Below are positions 13,373 through 24,487 of a DNA stretch of 64,000 nucleotides, in pieces. The stretch spans positions 15,190,001-15,254,000 of the forward strand of contig NC_043014.1 of assembly GCF_006345805.1 (NCBI RefSeq), in the 5' to 3' direction. How positions within the stretch are numbered: position 1 is the stretch's first letter; every line of letters begins with the position of its first letter. The position numbers were made by a program, and so were the translations under genes. The notes below the pieces were generated by a model. The model was not told where the DNA came from and searched no databases. It was given only the letters and a program-made list of their open reading frames with translations. Origin of the DNA: Octopus sinensis (taxonomy: Eukaryota).

Positions 13373-14686
13373 AACATACATACATACATACATACATACA
13401 TACATAAAATCATCAGATTCAAATAAATAAATGCAGTCTACTGTTTGTGTATCCAAAAACGCACACACAGACACACACACATATATAGACTGATTTTTGT
13501 CTTCCACTGGTTTGCAAGATGCCTGATGAAATGTGGGGTGGTTTAGCATGTAAAATAATGATGTAATACATTGAGTGCAAGTAATTGCCACACTATTGAA
13601 ACAAGTGTAGCATGAATTGAACTGTTGAATATGTATTCACCTTCATTTATTAAATACATGTATACACACACACACACAGACATACACACATATATGTATA
13701 TACTCACACACATACAGATATATATAATTGTTTTTGTTAAAATGAAAACCTTTCTTCAGAAAAGGAAAACAAAGAAAAACAACAGGCAACATCCTAAATT
13801 CATTTTAGAGAAGTAAGAATTTCCTCTTCTAGAAAGTGACAGCATTTTCAGTAAAAGATTGTGCTTTAAATTATCCATCCAGGTTTTTAACCAATGAAAA
13901 TTCATTAAAAAAAAAATGATCCCCATTAAAATTAAAGAGTGCAGACAAAAGCTGCTTTAGTGACCAGAATTGAGGAAAAAAATCACGGACAATTTTGGTT
14001 TCACCATTTTTCTTCCCCTTTGCCAGCTTTCAACATTTTACAATTTCAGTGGAAGGGAGAGAGGAAGAAGAATGGGATGTTGTGATGTTGATGCCTTTCT
14101 TCCACATCCTATCCCGCCTGCTGCTGTCTCAAACAAGGGTATTTTGCAATGTGAAGTGAGATGAGATGACGTGACGGTTTGAAACAGTGATGAAGAACAC
14201 AAAATTATCTTGCTTCAACTTGACATTGACAAGCAAGAAACAACGAAATGGTTGCCATCATACTGCACACTTTGATTTTCTTTGTATTTTTTTTTTTTTT
14301 ACTGGTAGCAGGAGTAGGGAATTTTAATGTGGGTAGTTGCAGCCCACCTCTTTCATTAATAATGCTTGCTACAAAATTCAAGCATTATTAATAAAAGAGT
14401 GGGGCAAACAAAACAAAATACTTTATTAAACTGGAAAACTCTTAAAAGATATCAATCTCTTTTTTTATGTGTGTATATACTATATATATATATATATATA
14501 TATATTATATGCAGGTATGTATCAAGCTAGTTCATTGCCAATGATTTATAGGTAGGGAAATTCAAAACTAGAATTAACACTTTTTACTTTATTGTAATAA
14601 CTAGGATGGCTGATAATGTCCTGTAATCCATATATATATATTTTCACACACATACATGCATATATATATGTGTGTGTGTATATATT

Positions 14687-14751
<65 letters not shown>

Positions 14752-14941
14752 CGCACGTATGTAGTGGTTACTAAAGTGACAGAAGGTGCTAGTAAGCACT
14801 AACATAGCTAGAAATAAGAGTCAAAACAACTGTTAGCCACATGAGAGCACTTTAGTGACCACTATACATGTTGCCTTTTGGTTCTAAATTGTGAATAGCC
14901 ACCTTAATAATTTATATATATATATATAATATATATATATA

Positions 14942-14996
<55 letters not shown>

Positions 14997-16072
14997 AGAA
15001 AGAGAAATGAAGGAGAGAAAATGAGGGAGAGACAGCAGAGTCAGATAAAGATATGGAGATAAATTCTTTTAAAGGCAGGGTGAAGAAAAAGAGTTGTTTA
15101 TATTTCTTTTTAATGTATTTATATTGGGCTTTTTTTTTCTTTGTGCTAAAAACCCCACCAAGAATGGGATAAAAGACTAAAAATTTTCAGAATATAGCAA
15201 AAAAAAAAAAAACATCTTTTAAAAGTATTACTGAATGTCCAAAATATATCCCAAATATGTCATCTCACATTTAAAAAAAAAAAAAATCCTGTCCTCCAAT
15301 CAAGGGAGATAAATAGATAAACAGAGAGAGTGTTGTGGGAGAATTAACAATTTACATGGGGGGAGCAAAAAAAAAGCAAAAAAATACTTTCTTGTTTACT
15401 TTCTGATGAGAAAAATATAATCAACTTATCACTTGTTTTACTGTTTTTGTTTTTTGTTTTCTTTTGTTGCTTTTTTTTGTGTTTCTGTTTTTTTTTCACC
15501 TTTCAACAATATCATATCATTCATATTAATCCAAAAAACAACTTTAGTTGTAAAGCAATCCATGGTTTCAAAATTCATATACTGTATGCATATATATATA
15601 TATTTATATATACGTGTATATATTTATATATTATATATCTATATCTATATATGTTATGTATATGATAGACAGCAATAAAACTTCATTAAATTTAACCAAT
15701 TAACTTTGTTTAACACATTTGTCTTTTTTTTAAAAATTCCTTATTTGTAAATTAGCCATTTCTTCATCTTCCTCTTTCTTTAAACATCTGAGATTTTCCC
15801 TATGAAATCCATTCACCTTTCCATTTAGTCCACAGTTTTATTCCCTCTTTCTTTCGCTCTTTCTCTCTTCCTTTCTTTTCGTACCATTACCACATCTGCC
15901 CCCACCCCCACCCCCCTCTTGCATTCCATCTCTACCCCTTTATTAGACTAATCAATGGCAGCAGTAAATATCACCTCATCCTTCTACTGCATGTGCACTC
16001 ACACATTCACACTACCACACACACACACACACATACATAGACAGACACACATGGATACATCCACAGAAATTC
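11300..16072 (-). other. Probable long 3'UTR and downstream region of ataxin-1
   Basis: About 4.7 kb downstream of the stop with no recognisable copy of the tRNA-SINE families that fill the rest of the window. U-rich on the minus strand. Candidate AATAAA at 12224-12229 and 11415-11420 (minus). The true end is unknown. Confidence 0.5.
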
Positions 16073-16687
16073 TCATTCATTTTTGGTGACATTGGCTTTA
16101 CTGTCTTCAGCAACATTGGAAGCCGATTTGTCGAACTCAGCAGTCGGGTCAACTTTTATATTGTCCGGAGCTGACCAACGCCTTTTGCGTACCTGTTGAA
16201 CTCCTAAGCCATTACCATTATTGCTAGTGTTGGTAGCAGTGCTATTTTTATTGCTACTAATGTCTTCTGGGGCTAAATTTGTCTGAGTCTCAGTACTGTG
16301 TGTTGTAGTTTGTTTATGACCGAAGCTCATAGCTGCTGGAGGGCTGCAGTGCCGACTTAAATAAGATGATTGGTTTTGTTGGCAATTAGACACTGGGGAT
16401 GATGTTGATTTTGTGGATAGAATTGTATTCATAGTAGAAGTAGTACTAGCAGTTCGGAAGTTGGAGTGGGCCTCTCCGTCGATTTTGGTCCCCTTAAAGC
16501 TCTGCTGGTATTGGGGATGGATCATATCTCTGGGCGCTTCTTTGTGTGTCAAAGATATGCAGACATCCCCAACTGATAACTTGTGGCAGTCAAGTCCATA
16601 GCGCTTTATCGTTCGTTGGGGACAACATGATGACCATCCTTTGCCAAAAACAAAGAAAGGATGTTCCAGGGTGGCTTCCACAGTCAC
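16073..16687 (-). CDS. ATXN1: Ataxin-1, last coding exon (C-terminal half of AXH domain, RKRRWSAP motif, stop)
   Basis: Acceptor ttcttcttcatcAG|GTG, phase 0. VTVEATLEHPFFVFGKGWSSCCPQRT...KLSVGDVCISLTHK matches AXH. VRKRRWSAPD at 16163-16192. TGA at 16073-16075. Confidence 0.96.
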   Translation of the reverse strand: MTVEATLEHPFFVFGKGWSSCCPQRTIKRYGLDCHKLSVGDVCISLTHKEAPRDMIHPQYQQSFKGTKIDGEAHSNFRTASTTSTMNTILSTKSTSSPVSNCQQNQSSYLSRHCSPPAAMSFGHKQTTTHSTETQTNLAPEDISSNKNSTATNTSNNGNGLGVQQVRKRRWSAPDNIKVDPTAEFDKSASNVAEDSKANVTKNE

Positions 16688-17514
16688 CTGATGAAGAAGA
16701 AAAAAAGTATTAATATTTACAAGAATAATTAATTATCAATTATTAATTAATTAACATCAACATAAAAGTATTAAACAAACGTTTGCCTGAATCTTTGAGA
16801 CAAAGAACTACCATTCTATTATACAGTAAATGCTGTAAAATGGTTGGCATTAGAAAGGGCTTCCAACCTAAGAACCCATGTCAGAGCAGGCACTAGAACA
16901 CACAGCTGTCGTTGGGCCCATCAAATTCTATTCAAACCTTCCGACCATGTCAGCATGGAACATGGACGTTAAATGATGATGATGATGATGATACACCTAT
17001 ATTTATAGACTAGTGTCGGAATCTTGGTTTTCTTCATCACAGCATTTTGGTCATTGTACCCTGTGGCCATCTTTAGGTGCCAGCCTTGTTTAGTAACATT
17101 CTTGGGATCCTGGAATTTGGAACCAAACCTTGCATTAAATCTGCAGAATAGATTGCTCTTGTTTCACCATGTAATATACTGAGCCAAAATTTGAAACCGT
17201 CACCATTATTGAAACACGTGTTGCATGAACAGAACTATTGAATACATATTTGTATTCATTTACTAAATACATGTATGCATACATATATATACACAAACAG
17301 TATTGCAGCTGATTTATTTGACTAAACTCTTCAAGGTGGTGCCCCAGCATGGCCACAGTCCAATGACTGATGGAAACAAGTGAAAGAGAAAAGACAGACA
17401 GTTCTTATGGATTTAATGAAATACCTCGGCAAGAATAAAGAGTGATGAAACAAAAACCACAAACATTTTAATCATAATGATAACAACAACAACAACAATA
17501 ATGATAATAATAGT

Positions 17515-17985
17515 ACTTTCTGCTGTAGGCACAAGGCCTGAAATTTGTGGGGAGGGGACTAGTCGATTACATCAACCCCAGTGTTTCACTAGTATTTAAT
17601 TTATCGACCTCGAAAGGATGAAAGGCAAAGTTGACCTTGGTGGAATTTGAACTCAGAATTTGAAGACAGACAAAATACTGCCAAGCATTTGGCCAGGCAT
17701 GCTAACAATTCTGCCAGCTTGCTACCTTCAACAACAACAACAATAATAATAATAATAATAATACCAATAATCCGTTCTACTGTAGACACAAGGCCTGAAA
17801 CTTGGGGAATAGGGATTGTCGATTACGTTGGTCCCAATATTCAACTAGTGCTTAATTTAGTGACACCAAAAGGATGAAAAGCAAAGTCAACCTCAATGGA
17901 ATTTGAACTCAGAACATAAAAACGAACAACATACCACTAAGCATTTTGCCTGGCTTGCTAACAATTCTACCAGCTCACCACCTTA
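17515..17985 (-). mobile_element. Two tandem family D SINE copies in the ataxin-1 AXH intron
   Basis: Same consensus as the 4.7-10.7 kb stack. Further copies at 19160-19340, 34610-35010, 38980-39560, 41098-41305 (-) and 62655-62810 (+). Confidence 0.8.
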
Positions 17986-18063
17986 TTAATAATCATAATA
18001 ATAGTATGCAGCATAGAAAATTTCAGGAAGAGGAAACATAGTCATTTATATCGCCTCCTTTAA

Positions 18064-18285
18064 CCCTTTCATTACGAACCCGGCTGAAACCGGCACTGGC
18101 TCTGTAGTACAAATGTCTTGTTTCCATAAGTTTTGAATTAAAATCTTCCACCAAACCTTAGTCACAATTTATGTTCCTAACACTAGCTTAACGATAACTA
18201 AGTTATTTTACTAAATTCTTTCTTATATTTAAAATTAATTGACAGAAACACAGAGCATCTTGAAATAAATACAGTAACGAAAGGG
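18064..18285. mobile_element. piggyBac-type MITE
   Basis: TTAA|CCCTTTCATTAC...GTAACGAAAGGG|TTAA, i.e. TIRs with a TTAA target duplication. Reverse-orientation relatives occur in 28579-29451. Confidence 0.85.
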
Positions 18286-18951
18286 TTAATGTGATTTGCA
18301 CATCATTTAACTGACTGCAGAAGGATGGAAAGTAAAGTCCATCCCAAAGGTATCAGAATGCAAAACATAATGGGATGGAAAGTAATTTTTATCCATCTAC
18401 TATTCTACTGATTTGGCCAGACCACTACAGTTTAAAGAAAAAATTACAGTAACAATAATTATGATTTAAACAACAATGAATAAATAAGTAAATACACACA
18501 CACAGACACACTCACTAATAAATATTTATCAAGTATTAATTCATTTTAATTATTCATGATAAACTGCCAAATATTTCAATCAATTGAAGTCACTGGACAT
18601 TGGAATCAGTTGACTGAAACATATGGCCATTTGTCATGAATCATAACATTGATTAACAAATAAATATTTCTCATAGGGTTTTTTTCCTTCTCTCACAAAT
18701 GAGAATACTAAAAATGAATCTGGATGCTCTCAAAAATTAAGTAAAAAAAAAAAACCGGAAAATAATCCAGAATCCTTGTCTAGTATCCGATCGATCCCAA
18801 AATCTAATCAGTTCATGCCAGTCACAAGGCCAAACATTCCTGAAAGATTCATCTGAATCTATCCGGCGGTTCTTGGGATATCTTGCCCACGGTCTAACAA
18901 ACATGACTAAAAGCAATACCGCTGCCTTTGCTAAGGTGGAGGTAATAATAA

Positions 18952-19109
18952 TTGATATGAGATCCCCATGTCACACACATATGGTTGCATATGGTTGTGA
19001 TGCACGCACCTGGTGTATTTTTATGAGACGGATAGTCATGATGGGTATATTGGACTTTGTATATTTGTACTCCAGTGTCACTTTGATGGCATGCACTGCT
19101 CCCTCACTC

Positions 19110-19150
<41 letters not shown>
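18952..19150 (+). mobile_element. Retroposon 3' end with (AAT)n tail (family J)
   Basis: TTGATATGAGATC.CCATGTCACACACAT...CACTTTGATGGCATGC.CTGCTC.C.CACTCAATAATAAT recurs at about 48080-48258, part of a longer copy from about 47765. Confidence 0.65.
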
Positions 19151-19163
<13 letters not shown>

Positions 19164-19366
19164 CCTCTCTACTATAGGCAGTACTCAACCCCAGTACTCG
19201 ACTGATACTTATTTCATTGACCCTTAAAGGATGAGAGACAAAGTCGACTTCAGCAGAATTTGAACTTTGAATGTGAAGACAGACGAAATGCCACAAGGCA
19301 TTTCACCCGGCACGCTAACGATTCTGTCAGCTCACCACCTTGATAATAATAATAACAATAATAATA

Positions 19367-19461
19367 GAGAAGATTGGAACAGAAAGTCCTGTAGAGCTTT
19401 TCTACAGAAAGTTTCCCTCTTTGGGACAGGAAAGATTATTAGAAGGGTTTTAAGCACTTAA
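19367..19461 (+). mobile_element. Very short R4/Dong-like C-terminal fragment
   Basis: EKIGTESPVEL/LQKVSLFGTGKIIRRVLST* begins immediately after (AAT)n. Confidence 0.55.
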
Positions 19462-19575
19462 AAGACAATTGAAACACCACTAAGCATTTCATCCAGCATG
19501 CTAACAATTCTGCCAGCTCACCGCCTTAATAATAATGATGATGATGATGGTGGTGGCGGCGGCAGGAGGGGGAGG

Positions 19576-19614
<39 letters not shown>

Positions 19615-20012
19615 TCTTAAAAAGGATTGATGTAACTCTTCTTATTTTGAACTTGACAAAGACAGATGTACTGTTAAAATATCATTCATCTAATAAAATA
19701 TCTTACAATCGAATCGCGTTCTTCGTCTTAATAATAATAATAATAATAATATATATATATATATATTTCTTTATTGCCCACAAGGGGCTAAACAAGGACA
19801 GACAAAGGGATTAAGTCGATTACATCGACCCCAGGGCAAAACTGGTACTTTATTTATCGACCCCGAAAGGACGAAAGGCAAAGTCAACCTCGGCAGACAG
19901 ATGTACTGTTGAAACATTATACAACTAATAAAATATCTTACAATCGAATCGCGCTCTTTGTCTTGACTAATAATGATAATAACAATAATAATAATAATAT
20001 GCATGATTATAC

Positions 20013-21585
20013 CTGAACTTTATTTTCACCAACCAGGAAGCTGAGAATAGTGGTTCCAAGGTCCACATTTTCATCCGTACGAACCACTGTGCTGGAGTCT
20101 ATTTTGAGGTCAGCACTGATCTCTGCACTGTGAATGAAATCGTTTGTCTGTAAATCTTCAACACGCTTCAGGTCACCATTGGCAAGCTGAATGATTGAAC
20201 CCTTGATGAAATGCGGAGGATAGTGAAGGTGTGGTGTCATAGGGGCGTTAGGTATTCCAGGCGATGTCCTTGTGCCTTGTAGTTGCGGTTGATGATGTGG
20301 TTGGTGTTGCTGTTGTGGTTGTTGTTGTTGGTGTGGGTGTTGGTGTTGTCCAATTCCCATTTCACAGCCTGTCGATGCCATCTCACTGATCGACTTTGAC
20401 CGTTTCGCCGGCGATATGGCTTCTGACTTATGATGATAAGTCTTTGCCCCAGCGGACAATACTTGCTCTGGCTCTACGACTGGAGATTCGTTGATTTGGA
20501 TGTTGGGTGGCCGGGTGAGTATACGGTGTTTCAAACTACCCTCTTTGCCACTTGGTACCTTGTAACCCAAGTCCTTATTGAGATCTGTTTTGGGGGTGGT
20601 TGTAGTGTCCTTCAGTAAAGAACTGGTTTTATTCTGAGTCGATAAGGGAGATAACTGACGAGAGTGCAAGTGTTTCTGTTGTTGTTGTTGTTGTTGTTGC
20701 TGTTGTTGTTGTGATGAGGCTGAGTGAGACTTATCCTCTTTTGAAAGACTATGAGAAGGGGCAACTCCACGTGGCGAGTGACTGTAGCCGTCGACAGTCG
20801 CAGCCTCAGCGAGCGAATCCCTCATTTGTTCTTGTTTAGGAGAGTGTTGATGCATAAGAGCTGACTGGCTGGGCGAGTGTCCGAGGTTGCCGGCGGAGCT
20901 GGGAGAAGTGGTCGGAGTCGCATTCCGATGACTGGACAGTGGAGAGTATTGTGATATATGAGTTGGCATGAATGTGCGAGGTAGCTGCGATTGGCTGACA
21001 TGCTGGGTGTGGCTGCCCATGCTGGCGAGGACAGCAGAGTAGGAGTCCAAGTGAGGGTAGTGACCAGCTGGTGACAACAGGCAACTAGGTGAGTAGCCTT
21101 GTGGGTATTGAGGGTAGAATGTATTGTAAGGTGACACAGCACCAGACGCTAGATGACCGGCTGGCTGTCCATGAATGCTATAAAGAGAGGAAAATGAAGC
21201 TAGTGAGCTATTGGCTGTCGTATAGAGAGAGTTACCGTATTGGCCAGCGTGATAAATCCTTGGAGCTGGATCAGCAACAGTTGGAGAAGGCCGAAATAAG
21301 CTGCCAATAGACGATTGGCTGCTGTTAAGAACCGATTGCATCTCCAGACCAGGCTGTGTAGCTGTGCGCACGGTATGCAAGCTTTCTGCAGCTTGGACAA
21401 TAGTTGGAGCAGTGTAGCCGGGGAGAAGGCTGCTGTGAACAGGACGAAGGGGTAAAGAGGGTGCTACACTTTGAGTCGATCCATCGCCAGTGCTGGTGTT
21501 TGGGAAGCAAGAGAAAGGACGTGGAGCTGTTACTGAACTACTTTGAAGAGGAACAGGAACTCTACCATTCTGTCCACAGCCATTT
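20013..21585 (-). CDS. ATXN1: Ataxin-1, large coding exon (S/P/Q/H-rich region, polyQ, N-terminal half of AXH domain)
   Basis: Acceptor tttttttctttccAG|A at 21585, 524 open codons, donor CAG|GTATAA at 20012. Ends HYPPHFIKGSIIQLANGDLKRVEDLQTNDF...SFLVGENKVQ, recognisable as the ataxin-1 AXH domain. Confidence 0.95.
20676..20711 (-). repeat. Coding polyglutamine tract Q12: (CAA)3 CAG (CAA)7 CAG
   Basis: Plus strand ctg(ttg)7ctg(ttg)3, in frame in the ataxin-1 exon. Confidence 0.95.
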
Positions 21586-22151
21586 CTGGAAAGAAAAAAA
21601 GACAAGAGGAAAAGATATTTTAAAAGAGGGAATATTTAAAAAAAAACAAGAATATTTGCTGTTACCATACAAACAAAATATAAAATAATTCTTTTAATAA
21701 ACAAAAATAAACGTGATAAGAAGCTTGCTTCCCAATCACATGGTTCTGGGTTCAGTTCCATTGTGTGGCACCTTGTGCAATCACCTTGGGCCAATCAAAG
21801 CCGTGTGAATGGATTTGGTAGATGGAGGTGGCACGTAAAAAGCACCCACTACACTCACGGAGTGGTTGGCGTTAGGAAGGGCATCCAGCTGTAGAAACAT
21901 TGCCAGATTAGACTGGAGCCTGGTGCAGCCTTCTGGCTTCCCAGAACCCCGGTCGAACCGTCCAACCCATGCTAGCATGGAGAACGGACGTTAAACGATG
22001 ATGATGATGATGATGATGATGAAACTGAAAGAAGCTTGTCATATGTGTGTATGTGAGTTTGTCTCCCACCACTTGTTTGATAACTATATAGATATTATAT
22101 TATTAAGAATAATAAAGAGTATGGAGACTTGTACATATACAAAATTTATTT

Positions 22152-22184
<33 letters not shown>

Positions 22185-22319
22185 GTATAGATATATATAT
22201 ATAAGATATGAGGAGTTTTTGTCAGAGTGATTCAAACTAATAGGTATGCTACTAAAATTCTGGTTTTGATTTGAACTACTGTTGAACTGCCGACTATACC
22301 TACATACCTTCATATATAT

Positions 22320-22465
<146 letters not shown>

Positions 22466-22539
22466 CATACATACATATATATATACATACATACATATAT
22501 ATATACATATATATTATATATATAGATTTATTTATTTCT

Positions 22540-22961
22540 TCATTCATGTTCCTTTCTGTTGAAGAGTGTAGCCTCAAAATGTAATAGACTTTCTCACCTT
22601 CCCGACCATCAAATTAATACACCTGCTTGTTGTTTATACACCTGTCTTAGTCTTTTGTTTTCAGTAAATTTCAACTATATATATATTTATATATATATAC
22701 ACACACACACATATATATTTGTTAAAGAGACAACAAACAATGAAGGCAAGACAAACATCTCAAGTCATATATGTTATTATTATTAAAAAAATTTGAAGTT
22801 TTACAGCTGTTTCTGGGATATCTTGTCATTGGAAACAAACAGGGAAAATGTGAAAGGTATAGACAGCTGTAAAATTTTTAATTTTTCTAATAATAATAAC
22901 ATATATGAATTGAGATGTTTGTCTTGTCTTGGCATTTGTTGTCCCTTTTAACAAATATATA
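22540..22961. mobile_element. Penelope-like terminal-repeat remnants with degenerate hammerhead motifs and an inverted duplication
   Basis: CTTT CTGTTGA AGAG..CTC AAAATGT A at 22552-22587 (+). GTTT CCAATGA...GAAACAGCTGT A AAAC at 22798-22836 (-). Inverted arms at 22712-22810 and 22863-22961. Confidence 0.6.
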
Positions 22962-23123
22962 TCCGCTGTATTGGAAATCTACAATGGTTTCATAACTTCT
23001 AACTCGGCTATGAGCTTGGAGCCCTGGTAATATGTTACAGCACTTACTCAAGTGTGCCTAGTCCTTTAGATCACCTGTGAACTAAACCCCCATATTTTGT
23101 ATGTGTGTGTATATATATATATA

Positions 23124-23529
23124 GGTGCAGAAGTGGCTGTGTGGTAAGTAGCTTGCTTACCAACCACATGGTTCCGGGCTCAGTCCCATTGCGTGGCACC
23201 TTGTGTGGGCAAAGTGTCTTCTACTATAGCCTCAGGCCGACCAAAGCCTTGTGAGTGGATTTGGTAGACGGAAACTGAAAGAAGCCCATCATGTATATGT
23301 ATATATATATGTGTCTGTGTGTCTGTTTCTCCCCCCCAACATTGCTTGACAACCAATGCTGGTGTGTTTACATCCCCGTAACTTAACAGTTCGGCAAAAG
23401 ACACCGATAGAATAAGTACTAGGCTTACATTACAAAGAATAAGTCTTGGGGTTGATTTGCTCGACTAAAAGGCGGTGCTCCAGCACGGCCGCAGTCAAAT
23501 GACTGAAACAAGTAAAAGAGTAAGAGTAA
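23124..23529 (+). mobile_element. Bipartite SINE family B with internal (TA)/(TG) microsatellite
   Basis: Head GGCGTAGGAGTGGCTGTGTGGTAAG...GGTTCAGTCCC, core CACCTTGGGCAAGTGTCTTC, tail GACTGAAACAAGTAAAAGAG. Copies at 25150-25495, 29841-30274, 31730-32130, 35757-36190, 38563-38970, 50570-51062, 57035-57575, 59703-60030 (+) and 33370-33800, 35020-35430, 56050-56255, 61992-62142 (-). Confidence 0.85.
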
Positions 23530-24487
23530 TATATATATATAAATATCGCCTTACTAGCACTTGTGCTGGTGCCATGTGAAACATTCGAGCAAGGTCGTCG
23601 CCAGTGCCGGTGGACTGGCTCCTGTGCAGGTGGCATGTAAAAAGCACCATTTGGGCGTGGCCATTGCCAGAATCACCAAACTGGCACGTAAAAGCACCCA
23701 CTACACTCTCGGAGTGGTTGGCGTTAGGAAGGGCATCCAGCTGTAGAAACTCTGCCAGATCAGATTGGAGGCTGGTTTGCCAGACCTCAGTCAAATCGTC
23801 CAACCCATGCTAGCCTGGAAAGCAGACGTTAAATGATGATGATGATATATACACACACACACACACATGTATATACACATATACATGTCTATATGTGTTG
23901 TGTGTGTTTTTGTCCCCTACTCCATTATCACTTGGCAATTGGTGTTGGCTTGTTAACATCTTCAGTGTGTGTTTGTGTATGTGTGCATGTTTGTACTTGT
24001 TACTGTCTCCTTGTCTTGACATGACTTGATAGCTGTAAACGAGTGTCACTGTCGTGTAAGCAGTGTCTTACATGTCCAATCTTTTATAGAAACATTACCT
24101 TACCTGTCTATGAAACAACAATTAATATTCCAAACCATTATGGAAACACTGTAGTTTACTTAAACTGTTATAGAAACCCTTCAAATGTTTTTTAACAGTG
24201 CAACTTGAAGTAGAAAAAGCTTTAAATAATATTGTGTAAGTGCTGGATTAAAAGCACCTTTGGACAGAAAAAGTCGAAGGCTGCCCGAGAAACTTGAGCC
24301 AAGATCTTCAGTAAACACAGCAGACATTCTACCATTTTACCAAAGCAATTCTTTTTTTGTCACCAGCAAGATTTCTATGTTGACATCATAAGGATTTAAA
24401 ATCTTTGAGACATGTGAAATAATTCTTTGTTTTTTCAACAGTGGAACTCAAAGTAAGATAAAATTATAAATAATACCTTGTAAAATA

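Noticed and set aside
16685-16687. GTG as the start of a separate 204-aa protein
   Set aside because: It is the first codon of the last ataxin-1 exon, directly after a splice acceptor, in the middle of the AXH domain.
21586-21605. TTG start and MSFFLSR N-terminus of the 532-aa ORF
   Set aside because: This is the polypyrimidine tract and AG acceptor. The terminal Val at 20010-20012 is likewise the GT donor.
20430-21688. Plus-strand and alternative-frame ORFs overlapping the large exon
   Set aside because: Short shadows of a GC-richer coding exon, with no recognisable domain or splice support.
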